DNA of 20,000 nucleotides from an uncultured virus (IMG/VR IMGVR_UViG_3300017642_000077) (Duplodnaviria; Heunggongvirae; Uroviricota; Caudoviricetes): IMG/VR virus record IMGVR_UViG_3300017642_000077; one strand, 5' to 3'. The notes below the pieces were generated by a model. The model worked only from the letters and a program-made list of their open reading frames with translations, had not been told where the DNA came from and searched no databases. Shown here one piece after another: positions 1-6,899 of the stretch. The stretch's first letter is position 1; each line of letters begins with the position of its first letter. A program made the position numbers and the translations under genes.

Positions 1-383
1 TGTTTGCTGACAAAAGAAACGTTATTTTTATTTACAGAATGGTTTTTCTTTATTTGGAGCTTTCTTTCTGGGATAATGTTCGTTTTGTATATTATTGCAG
101 GAGACTGGGTTGGGCGGGAAAGTTCTCCAGCCTCATATTTAGCCAACAACAATTTCCCAATAGAACAGCCGCAATCCCTGGAGCACTCCGGTTGCCCAGA
201 CTGGTAGTCTGATAAGCAAACAAACGGCGATATCCAGCCCCTATAACGACCGCGCACGCACGGAGCGTCTTTCCCGTGCGCACGACGGTCCCCATGGATG
301 TCAGCGGCTGCGGCAGCTCGTAAAAATGTTGCTGCTTGCATACTGTGGGCAACAGGCGATCCAAGTCCGCTACTAAGGTCCAT
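1..383 (-). CDS. Hypothetical phage protein (partial, runs off the left edge)
   Basis: Not in the ORF track; translated by hand. ATG at 383 overlaps the upstream stop (TGATG), with GAGGGGG RBS. The frame MDLSSGLGSPVAHSMQ...PFVCLSDYQSGQPECSRDCGCSIGK... stays open to position 1. Confidence 0.6.
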   Translation of the reverse strand, partial: MDLSSGLGSPVAHSMQAATFLRAAAAADIHGDRRAHGKDAPCVRGRYRGWISPFVCLSDYQSGQPECSRDCGCSIGKLLLAKYEAGELSRPTQSPAIIYKTNIIPERKLQIKKNHSVNKNNVSFVSK

Positions 384-553
384 CAGTTATTCCCCCTCTT
401 TGTCCCCAAACGCCATTTTCCACCTCTGGCCATGGTCAACGTCTGGCCCACGGGGCACACGAGACAGGCCGGGCACTCCCGATCAAGGTTTGCCCAGCAC
501 AGGGCCGATTCACGCGGTACGTTGGGATTTTGCGGGCAGGTGGAGGGGATCAT
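383..553 (-). CDS. Small Cys-containing hypothetical protein (56 aa)
   Basis: ATGA overlap with the CII-like stop; MIPSTCPQ...CWANLDRECPACLVCPVG; coupled to the next gene. Confidence 0.55.
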   Translation of the reverse strand: MIPSTCPQNPNVPRESALCWANLDRECPACLVCPVGQTLTMARGGKWRLGTKRGNN

Positions 554-1020
554 GCGTGTTCCTGCTCCCATTGCGTCTCGTAGAGGTCCAAATCCTGGCC
601 CACCTCGTCCACGTGCTTGTCAAAGGCGTCTCGAACGACGCGCGGATGTTCCCCGGTCTGCATGAGCTCATGGACAAGGGCCAGCGAGGGCAGATCGTCT
701 AGGCATTCTTCGGCCACAGTGTCCTTGTTGGGTTCGGTTGTGGCCTTGCCGCCGCATCGCTCATTAATGGATTCGGCAAGGTAGTTGAGCATCTGCCGAA
801 CCTCGTCCGGCTCTCCGGCATCATGGAGTTCGTCAAATAGATTGCGGAGTCGCACCAAAACACTATTTTCCGAATCGGAGGTGAATTTTGGATTGCGGCA
901 ATACCTATTTGCTTGTGTTGTCCCAATCCCAAGCAACCTCTGAAACGTGGCCAAGCCAAGGATTCGCTTGGCATTCGCCATCATTTCCCACGGCTCTACC
1001 GGGGGTTTTTGAAAGTTCAT
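550..1020 (-). CDS. Phage regulatory CII-like protein
   Basis: 156 aa with GAGGG RBS; N-terminal HTH-like segment (LATFQRLLGIGTTQANRYCRNP); lies downstream of cro. Confidence 0.6.
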   Translation of the reverse strand: MNFQKPPVEPWEMMANAKRILGLATFQRLLGIGTTQANRYCRNPKFTSDSENSVLVRLRNLFDELHDAGEPDEVRQMLNYLAESINERCGGKATTEPNKDTVAEECLDDLPSLALVHELMQTGEHPRVVRDAFDKHVDEVGQDLDLYETQWEQEHA

Positions 1021-1061
1021 CTGTCCCTCGCTATTGTTCTCGGGCCTTGTATTGTGGCCCC

Positions 1062-1292
1062 ATGCAAACCCTGAACGTCTCCATTGAAAAAGATGACGTC
1101 GGCCTTCTCGTCACCATATCCGTGGTCACGAGAGCCGCCGCCCACTTCCGCCGCTTCCGCCCGCCGGCCGGCACCACGTTGGCCGACATCACCAGCGAGG
1201 CCGAGCGCATGGCCCTGGAACGCTGGCCGGGGGAAATCTGCTACAGACTCCCGCTCCCCATGGAGGATTGCGGATATGTCCCCGACCTGTAG
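1062..1292 (+). CDS. Hypothetical protein (76 aa), antisense to the cro operon
   Basis: MQTLNVSIEKDDVG... starts 6 nt after TATTGT (possibly leaderless) and overlaps the next + ORF. Confidence 0.45.
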   Translation: MQTLNVSIEKDDVGLLVTISVVTRAAAHFRRFRPPAGTTLADITSEAERMALERWPGEICYRLPLPMEDCGYVPDL

Positions 1293-1452
1293 CGAGTGCG
1301 TGCACTGGCACGATGCACTCGTCGTGCAGCGACATCCGGTCGAGGTGCGCGCCTGCCTGGTGGCGCAACGGCTGGTCCAGACGGACACGCCGGCGGATGC
1401 GGAGTGTTTCGAGCGTCTGGTCACGCTCAAAACCCCCAAGGAACGCGGTTGA
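1276..1452 (+). CDS. Small Cys-motif protein (58 aa)
   Basis: GGAGG RBS at 1262-1266; MSPTCSECVHW...C...C resembles small phage Zn-binding proteins. Confidence 0.5.
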   Translation: MSPTCSECVHWHDALVVQRHPVEVRACLVAQRLVQTDTPADAECFERLVTLKTPKERG

Positions 1453-1612
1453 GTTCGCGGTCGCAGAAATCGCAGCAGTCCACAAAATCGGCCAGTTGCC
1501 GGTCGCGCTTCCGCTTCTCTTCGGCCTCGTTGTGCTCGATCAAACCCTGGACAAAGTCCGGGGTGATGCGGCCGGTACGTTCAAATTCGGTCCATGTGGT
1601 GAGGTCCATCAT
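1427..1612 (-). CDS. Hypothetical protein (61 aa)
   Basis: GGAG RBS and TAATG coupling; MMDLTTWTEFERTGRITPDF... Confidence 0.55.
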   Translation of the reverse strand: MMDLTTWTEFERTGRITPDFVQGLIEHNEAEEKRKRDRQLADFVDCCDFCDRELNRVPWGF

Positions 1613-1839
1613 TAAACTCCGTCTTGCGGTTCGAGTTCGTCGCCCCAAAGCCATTCCAAACGAGGAGAAAGGTCTGCCGTGGGGTGAATGCGATCCAAAC
1701 CGACCACCCAGCGGCCGCCACGACACAAAGCCAAAGTTGGGTTTGCGCCAGGGTAACGATGAAGAATTACGCCAACCCTGCCCGGGCAAATTTTGCAGCA
1801 AGATCGAACGCTAACGCGTTGGCCAGGGTATGGTTCCAT
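1612..1839 (-). CDS. Hypothetical protein (75 aa)
   Basis: ATG overlaps the cro stop (TGATG) and its stop overlaps the next ATG; MEPYPGQRVSVRSCCKICPGRVGVI... Confidence 0.5.
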   Translation of the reverse strand: MEPYPGQRVSVRSCCKICPGRVGVILHRYPGANPTLALCRGGRWVVGLDRIHPTADLSPRLEWLWGDELEPQDGV

Positions 1840-2096
1840 CACGCGGCCTCGTCGGGGTGGGGCTGGGTGGGGTCGGAGGGGAATGCCGTGGATAGCGGGG
1901 ACGGGAGGGGGTGGAGCGGATGGGTTTCTCCGTAGAGGTAGGGCCAAAGCTTTTGGATATTGGCATAGCTTGGCTTGGCTCCCTCAACATTGAGAAGCCG
2001 CCAGATGGTGGATTGAGGAACCCCGCTTTTCCTGGCGATTTCCGACTCGGAAAGTCCTGAGTTTTTTTTCGCTTGGAGGTCTTTCAAAATGTCCAT
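1839..2096 (-). CDS. cro: Cro-like XRE HTH regulator
   Basis: 85 aa; HTH SESEIARKSGVPQSTIWRLL; divergent from the repressor and shares its recognition helix. Confidence 0.85.
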   Translation of the reverse strand: MDILKDLQAKKNSGLSESEIARKSGVPQSTIWRLLNVEGAKPSYANIQKLWPYLYGETHPLHPLPSPLSTAFPSDPTQPHPDEAA

Positions 2097-2102
2097 GACG
2101 GG

Positions 2103-2131
2103 ATACTACCCAAACTTAGATAGCGAGTCAA
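2103..2131 (-). promoter_or_regulatory. PR-like sigma70 promoter
   Basis: Minus strand TTGACT-N17-TAGTAT; the -10 ends 6 nt before the cro ATG. Confidence 0.7.
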
Positions 2132-2154
2132 TGATCAATCGCCAAACTTGGGTA
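2107..2154. promoter_or_regulatory. OR-like operators (two 16-bp sites)
   Basis: TACCCAAACTTAGATA (2107-2122) and TCGCCAAACTTGGGTA (2139-2154); pseudo-palindrome TAYCCAA-NN-TTGGRTA, repeated at 4520-4566. Confidence 0.75.
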
Positions 2155-2199
2155 AGACAAAGTCTTCGCGGTTGGGTATGGGAAGATTGGAGGCCTTCC

Positions 2200-2925
2200 A
2201 TGCCGTTCCTGGAAGATGTCAGGCAAAGTCTCGCTCGGTTTGAAAATAATCAGTCCGAGCTTTCCCGGTTGAGCGGGGTTCCCCAATCGACCATAAATCG
2301 AATTTTCAAAAGCCAGGGCGCACCGAGGGCCGACATTTTGGGGAAGCTTCTAGACGCCGTCGGCGCGCGAATCGTCTTCCCCGGCGAGCGCCAGGAACTA
2401 ACCCGGGACGTCTGCTGGGTGGATGCCAAGATCGTCCCGGCCGGGAATGGGCAGGCACTCCCGCCGTCCGAAAGCTATTTTGCCGTCCCGCTCGTGGGCG
2501 AGGCTGGGGCCGGGCCGGGCGTGATGCCGACTGAGGAAATCAAGTCGTGGGTGCTGGTCTACCGCCACCAGCACGCCATCCGCTTCAAGCGTGACCTGCT
2601 CGCCGTTGAAATCGAAAAGCATAGCACGTCCATGGTGCCGCTGCTGCGGCCTGGGGATATCGTGCTCGTGGATCGCACCGACTTCGAGCCGACCAAGCCG
2701 GGCGGCATCTTTCTGGTGCGCGAGCCGGGCCAGGAAGGCGGGGCCATGGTCAAGCGGGTGTCCGTGAAAGATGTTCCGGACGATATCCTTGTCACGTTCT
2801 ACAGCGAGAACGCGGCCGAGAATCCAGCGGACACATACAGCCTAAAGCGCGATTATGACAATGAAATTTCAAAGGCCATAGTCGGACGCTGCGTTTGGGC
2901 ATGGTCGGATATTACGGGGAAGTGA
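2200..2925 (+). CDS. cI: CI-like phage repressor (HTH + LexA/S24 autopeptidase)
   Basis: GGAGG RBS before ATG 2200; HTH QSELSRLSGVPQSTINRIF; Ala-Gly site GEAGAGPG; catalytic-type Ser (STSMVP) and Lys (MVKRV). Confidence 0.92.
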   Translation: MPFLEDVRQSLARFENNQSELSRLSGVPQSTINRIFKSQGAPRADILGKLLDAVGARIVFPGERQELTRDVCWVDAKIVPAGNGQALPPSESYFAVPLVGEAGAGPGVMPTEEIKSWVLVYRHQHAIRFKRDLLAVEIEKHSTSMVPLLRPGDIVLVDRTDFEPTKPGGIFLVREPGQEGGAMVKRVSVKDVPDDILVTFYSENAAENPADTYSLKRDYDNEISKAIVGRCVWAWSDITGK

Positions 2926-2975
2926 TAAACCGTGCGGTGGTGGACAAATCAACCTCGAGCCCTTAAAATTGAGGC

Positions 2976-3875
2976 ATGATCGAAATGAGCGACCTCCCCG
3001 AGGACAAACGGCCGGACTTTTGTCTGACCATAGAATTCGCCAGGGACACCAAAAATCCAGGGCGAATTTTTAAGTCCATGGCTTCGTTGATCGAAGCCAT
3101 GGAGGGGATTGATTCTATCCTTATTGAGTCTATTGATTCAAAAATAAAGCCAGTTCTTTTGCTTGACTCTGTCGAGTCAGGGTCTGTAAAGGTATGGCTA
3201 AAGCAATTTCTTGAATTTTTCCCTGATGACGGGCTGAATAAACTAGACTGGAAGCCGCTCGTCGGTCAATATTTGGTAAAGGCCAAGCATTTTTGGCTTA
3301 GCAAAATTGACACAAAGGAACCACTACCGACGCGAGAAAGCATTGATGCAATATCTACTGGCATAAATGAAATTGCCAGAGAGACAAACGTAAAGCTACT
3401 CCCAGTTTACAAAAAAATACCAGCGATTGAAATCGCCCGTGGCATTAAGATGTTGGCCGACGCTACTGCTAAACTTGACCAGGGCGATTCTGTAAAATTT
3501 TCATCAGACGATGGTGACGCGCTTGTGCCATCATCCATCATCATAGAACAATCAAAAATAAATGAGATACTGTCATTTGAAACCATACAAAATGAAGCCG
3601 TAAAAATATTAATGGTCAGGAGACCTGATTTTCTTGGGGATACGGCGTGGGAGTTTCGACATGAAGATAAAAAATACCCTGCCAAGATAGACGACAACGA
3701 ATGGCTTGAAGAGTTCAGGGACGGGAAGCATGACATCAGGCCCGGAGACGCGTTGAAGGTTAAGATACTTGAAACGACTTCCTACGATATGAACGGGGAA
3801 GTCGTGAGCGATACAAGGTCAATAATAAAGATACTTGGTGTTATACGGCAACGCCGGATGTCTCTTATAGAATAG
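2976..3875 (+). CDS. Hypothetical protein in the immunity region (AT-rich; C-terminal possibly OB-like domain)
   Basis: 299-aa ORF with GAGG RBS; visibly more AT-rich than cI; C-terminus W-x-F...AKIDDNEWL...PGDALKVK. Confidence 0.85.
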   Translation: MIEMSDLPEDKRPDFCLTIEFARDTKNPGRIFKSMASLIEAMEGIDSILIESIDSKIKPVLLLDSVESGSVKVWLKQFLEFFPDDGLNKLDWKPLVGQYLVKAKHFWLSKIDTKEPLPTRESIDAISTGINEIARETNVKLLPVYKKIPAIEIARGIKMLADATAKLDQGDSVKFSSDDGDALVPSSIIIEQSKINEILSFETIQNEAVKILMVRRPDFLGDTAWEFRHEDKKYPAKIDDNEWLEEFRDGKHDIRPGDALKVKILETTSYDMNGEVVSDTRSIIKILGVIRQRRMSLIE

Positions 3876-3968
3876 GGAATATGTCTGCACCCACTGGGTG
3901 TTTAAGTCCTTGTGGTTCGTCCGCAAGGCCGCCGCGCAACGAAGAATGCAATCCCACGCGGCGTCAGG

Positions 3969-3997
3969 AAGCCCCGCCGACGCGGGGCTTTTCTTTT
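3969..3997 (+). terminator. Intrinsic terminator
   Basis: AAGCCCCGC-CGAC-GCGGGGCTT followed by TTCTTTT. Confidence 0.75.
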
Positions 3998-4023
3998 CCC
4001 GACCCATCCGCTATCCAATCAGC

Positions 4024-4449
4024 ATGAAGCACCACATCTACCTCGCCGGCCCCCTCTTCACCCACGCGGAACGCCAGTTTATGGCCTCTCTCCGCGACCG
4101 CTTGCGCCAGCTCACCCATGTCACCGTGACCTGGCCGGGCGACCTCTTTGACGATGCCCACCTTGCCTCCCTTGGTCCCAAGGCCAAACAGCACATCTTC
4201 GCCGGTTGCCGTGACGAGATCCACGCCGCCACGCACATAGTGGCCATCCTGGACGGCCCCCAGGTGGACGACGGCACGGCCTGGGAGATCGGCTACGCCT
4301 ACGCCCGGGGCCTGCCGGTTATCGGCCTGCGAACGGACTTTCGGCAGGCAGGCGACACTGCCCATTCGGTAGCAAACGCCATGATCGAGTGCTCGTGCGT
4401 GCATATCTACCGATCCGCTGATGAGCTTCTGGCCGCCCTGGCCGGATAG
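4024..4449 (+). CDS. Nucleoside 2-deoxyribosyltransferase (NDT/Rcl-like N-glycosidase) family protein
   Basis: Motifs IYLAGPLF and DGPQVDDGTAWEIGYAYARGLPVIGLRTDFR; 141 aa. Confidence 0.88.
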   Translation: MKHHIYLAGPLFTHAERQFMASLRDRLRQLTHVTVTWPGDLFDDAHLASLGPKAKQHIFAGCRDEIHAATHIVAILDGPQVDDGTAWEIGYAYARGLPVIGLRTDFRQAGDTAHSVANAMIECSCVHIYRSADELLAALAG

Positions 4450-4473
4450 CCAACCCCCGCCATCTCTATTTCT

Positions 4474-4510
4474 ATCCCCGCCCGGCTTCGGCTTGGCGGG
4501 GATTTTTTTT
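4474..4510 (+). terminator. Intrinsic terminator
   Basis: ATCCCCGCC-CGGCTTCGGCTT-GGCGGGGAT stem ending in a T8 run. Confidence 0.8.
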
Positions 4511-4519
4511 GGGCTATCT

Positions 4520-4570
4520 TATTCAAGTTTGGAAATTGACCTTGCATTACTACCCAAACTTGGATAGATT
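4520..4570 (+). promoter_or_regulatory. PL-like promoter with OL-like operators
   Basis: TTGCAT (4542-4547)-N17-TAGATT (4565-4570); operators TATTCAAGTTTGGAAA (4520-4535) and TACCCAAACTTGGATA (4551-4566, 15/16 identical to the 2107 site). Confidence 0.78.
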
Positions 4571-4879
4571 CTCCTCAACGAGCAGCCACCCGCACCCCGC
4601 ACCGCTCCGGCCTAGGCCGAGGGGCAAGGGGACAGGTGGCGGGGCGAGAGGCCGGAACGCGACCGGAAATCCCTGCAACAGCAAGCGCCGCGAGGATGCA
4701 CGCCACGGGAGGGGATGGGAGCGGGACGGCCAGGAAGAGAGAAAAAGCCTTTTGATTGAAGAGAGTTGAGCGGCAGGAACAACGATCCATCAACCACATG
4801 CCCATCAAGCGGGCGGCCGGATCAAGGGGCATTAAGAGTGTCTCGGCCGGCAATAAAACGAAACCTTTTGGAGCATGAC

Positions 4880-5482
4880 ATGGAAATATTAAAACTTCAT
4901 TTTAAAAAGGACGCTAAAGGACGTTGGCTTGGATTGTTTAGATGTAAAAATTGTGGAGTAATTTATATTAGGGATTTAAGCGCTGGCAAAAAATCAAAAC
5001 AATGCAAAAAGTGCTATAAAAATGGAATAGCGAAATTAAATTACAAACTATATCACATTTGGCACTCTATGCGCGACAGGTGTTATAATAAAAATAATAA
5101 GAATGCTAAATATTACTACAAAAAAGGTATAAGACTATGCAAGGCGTGGAGAAAGTTTGAAAATTTTTTAGAGTGGGCAAATAAAAACGGTTGGAGACCA
5201 GGATTACAGGTTGACAGGATAGACAGCGAAAGGGGTTATTCCCCAGATAATTGTAGGCTGGTTACTAGTTTGATAAACATGCGAAATAGAAGTTGCTGTA
5301 AACTGTCTATTGAAAAGGCTGAAACAATCAGGCTCCTTCATGCTGAAGGAAAGACTTCTAAAGAAATTGCAAATGAATTTTGCATAAGCAGGGCGATGCT
5401 AAGTTATGTTTTGCATAATAGGTGTTGGTCGGTCGAGCCCCCTACGCAGCGAGCAACCAACTCAACCGTTGGAAACGGCTAG
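4880..5482 (+). CDS. Phage HNH-type (homing) endonuclease with N-terminal Cys motifs and C-terminal HTH
   Basis: LYHIWHSMRDRC...GIRLCKAW...FENF...QVDRIDSERGYSPDNCRLVT; CxxC...CxxC at the N-terminus; strongly AT-rich; GGAG RBS. Confidence 0.8.
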   Translation: MEILKLHFKKDAKGRWLGLFRCKNCGVIYIRDLSAGKKSKQCKKCYKNGIAKLNYKLYHIWHSMRDRCYNKNNKNAKYYYKKGIRLCKAWRKFENFLEWANKNGWRPGLQVDRIDSERGYSPDNCRLVTSLINMRNRSCCKLSIEKAETIRLLHAEGKTSKEIANEFCISRAMLSYVLHNRCWSVEPPTQRATNSTVGNG

Positions 5483-5586
5483 CCAGGGGCATGACAACAG
5501 AATTTCTCCCTGGGGGACTTCGGTCCCCCTCGGGACTGGCCTCGCGTGTTCGGCGTGGGGCCTGACCGAGAAATAAGGAGGGAGGG

Positions 5587-6639
5587 ATGGGAAAAGAAGA
5601 AGAAAACACTGTTGTTCGTGGGTTTAAGGGATTCTCCAAAGACTTTAAATGCCGAGACAAGCAATACGGAACGGACGAGACTTTCGAGGAAGAAGGCAAC
5701 ATCGAGCTTTGCAAGCATGGAATGCACTTTTGCGAATATCCGCTCGATGTTTTCGGATATTACGAACCAGGGTTAGGCAGCCGCTATTGCGAGGTGTCAA
5801 CTGACTGTGCTTCTCCGAAGGCGCAGGGGTCGGATTCAAAACGTGTGACCAGCCGGCTTTCGGTCGGTGTTGAGATCAGCATACCCGGGATCGTGCAGGC
5901 CGCCGTGAAGTATGTGTTGGAGCGCATCACATCCGAAAAAACAGAGTCCAACACGGGCGACCAGAGCGCGGCCACCAACACGGGCGACTACAGCGCGGCC
6001 ACCAACACGGGCAACCGGAGCGCGGCCACCAACACGGGCAACCGGAGCGTGGCCACCAACACGGGCGACTACAGCGCGGCCACCAACACGGGCGACTACA
6101 GCGCGGCCACCAACACGGGCGACTACAGCGCGGCCACCAACACGGGCGACTACAGCGCGGCCACCAACACGGGCAACCGGAGCGTGGCCACCAACACGGG
6201 CTACTACAGCGCGGCCACCAACACGGGCAACCGGAGCGTGGCCACCAACACGGGCGACTACAGCGCGGCCACCAACACGGGCGACTACAGCGCGGCCACC
6301 AACACGGGCTACCGGAGCGCGGCCACCAACACGGGCAACCGGAGCGCGGCCACCAACACGGGCGACCAGAGCGCGGCCACCAACACGGGCTACCGGAGCG
6401 CGGCCACCAACACGGGCTACCGGAGCGCGGCCAGTGTCGAGGGCGAGCAATCTGTAGCCATTTCCACAGGAGAAAATGGCCGAGTCAAAGGCGCTCTAGG
6501 CTGTGGGATTTGTTGCGTCGAGCGTGACGAGGACGACGGCCATATCGTCGCCATCAAAGCCGCCATCGTGGACGGCGAAATCGTCAAGGCCGACACATGG
6601 TATTCTGTTAAAAATGAAGAATTTGTCGAGGTTGAATAG
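5587..6639 (+). CDS. Phage repeat-containing protein (DUF7666-like N-terminal domain + 9-aa repeats)
   Basis: Strong RBS; GFKGFSKDFKCR...GMHFCEYPLDVFGYY N-terminus; 18 x NTGxxSAAT; C-terminus VDGEIVKADTWY. Confidence 0.85.
   Translation: MGKEEENTVVRGFKGFSKDFKCRDKQYGTDETFEEEGNIELCKHGMHFCEYPLDVFGYYEPGLGSRYCEVSTDCASPKAQGSDSKRVTSRLSVGVEISIPGIVQAAVKYVLERITSEKTESNTGDQSAATNTGDYSAATNTGNRSAATNTGNRSVATNTGDYSAATNTGDYSAATNTGDYSAATNTGDYSAATNTGNRSVATNTGYYSAATNTGNRSVATNTGDYSAATNTGDYSAATNTGYRSAATNTGNRSAATNTGDQSAATNTGYRSAATNTGYRSAASVEGEQSVAISTGENGRVKGALGCGICCVERDEDDGHIVAIKAAIVDGEIVKADTWYSVKNEEFVEVE
5950..6435 (+). repeat. Coding tandem repeat, 18 x 27 bp
   Basis: Unit AAC ACG GGC (G/A/T)AC (TAC/CGG/CAG) AGC G(C/T)G GCC ACC, counted directly. 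Confidence 0.97.
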
Positions 6640-6677
6640 CGAATTTCCGGCGGGGGATGCTGAGTCCCCCGCCACAA

Positions 6678-6807
6678 CTTGGGATTCGAGCGGGTGGCTG
6701 ACCATGACTCATATGGGGACATGTGGCACTGGGCCGCGAAATCCAGATTGCTGCAATGCAGCGTGGTCGCCCCGACTGCCCGGACAGCCACCCGTTTGAG
6801 GCTCAAG
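6678..6807 (+). ncRNA. Putative structured ncRNA (long closing helix, multibranch)
   Basis: TTCGAGCGGGTGGCTG (6685-6700) pairs with CAGCCACCCGTTTGAG (6785-6800) using G-U pairs; internal CTGG/CCAG and GCTGC/GCAGC stems. Confidence 0.45.
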
Positions 6808-6810
6808 CAT

Positions 6811-6893
6811 CCAGGGGACAAACAAGAGAGGAATCCAGGATGACCCTAGGCACTCTCCTGGAGGCGATGGTTAAAGTCCATCCCCCTGGTCCA
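6811..6893 (+). ncRNA. tRNA-like RNA (acceptor stem + T-arm + CCA, no D-stem)
   Basis: CCAGGGG/CCCCTGG 7 bp, discriminator T, CCA; T-arm GATGG-TTAAAGT-CCATC; central stem TCCAGGA/TCCTGGA. Confidence 0.6.
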
Positions 6894-6899
6894 AAATTT

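Noticed and set aside
4..207. + strand hydrophobic 67-aa ORF
   Set aside because: Most likely the shadow of the coupled minus-strand ORF starting at 383.
2089..2199. N-terminal extension of cI from 2089
   Set aside because: It overlaps the cro start, promoter and operators; the RBS supports ATG 2200.
4770..5580. Group I intron or IscB/HEARO element around the HNH gene
   Set aside because: No interrupted host gene or recognisable P7 core; the protein lacks PLMP and RuvC motifs.
5950..6435. CRISPR-like array
   Set aside because: The 27-bp units are contiguous with no unique spacers, sit in frame within a CDS, and there are no cas genes.
5950..6435. DGR template/variable repeat
   Set aside because: No reverse transcriptase in the window; the variation is a few recurring alleles, not adenine-specific randomisation.
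4583..6700. 11-nt complementarity between the PL leader (4583-4593) and 6690-6700
   Set aside because: Many 11-mer matches are expected by chance in 20 kb, and the segment already has a local pairing partner at 6785-6800.
6841..6855. Amber suppressor or tRNA-Pyl (CTA in the loop of the tRNA mimic)
   Set aside because: CTA is not centred in a 7-nt anticodon loop, there is no D-stem, and I see no resemblance to pylT.
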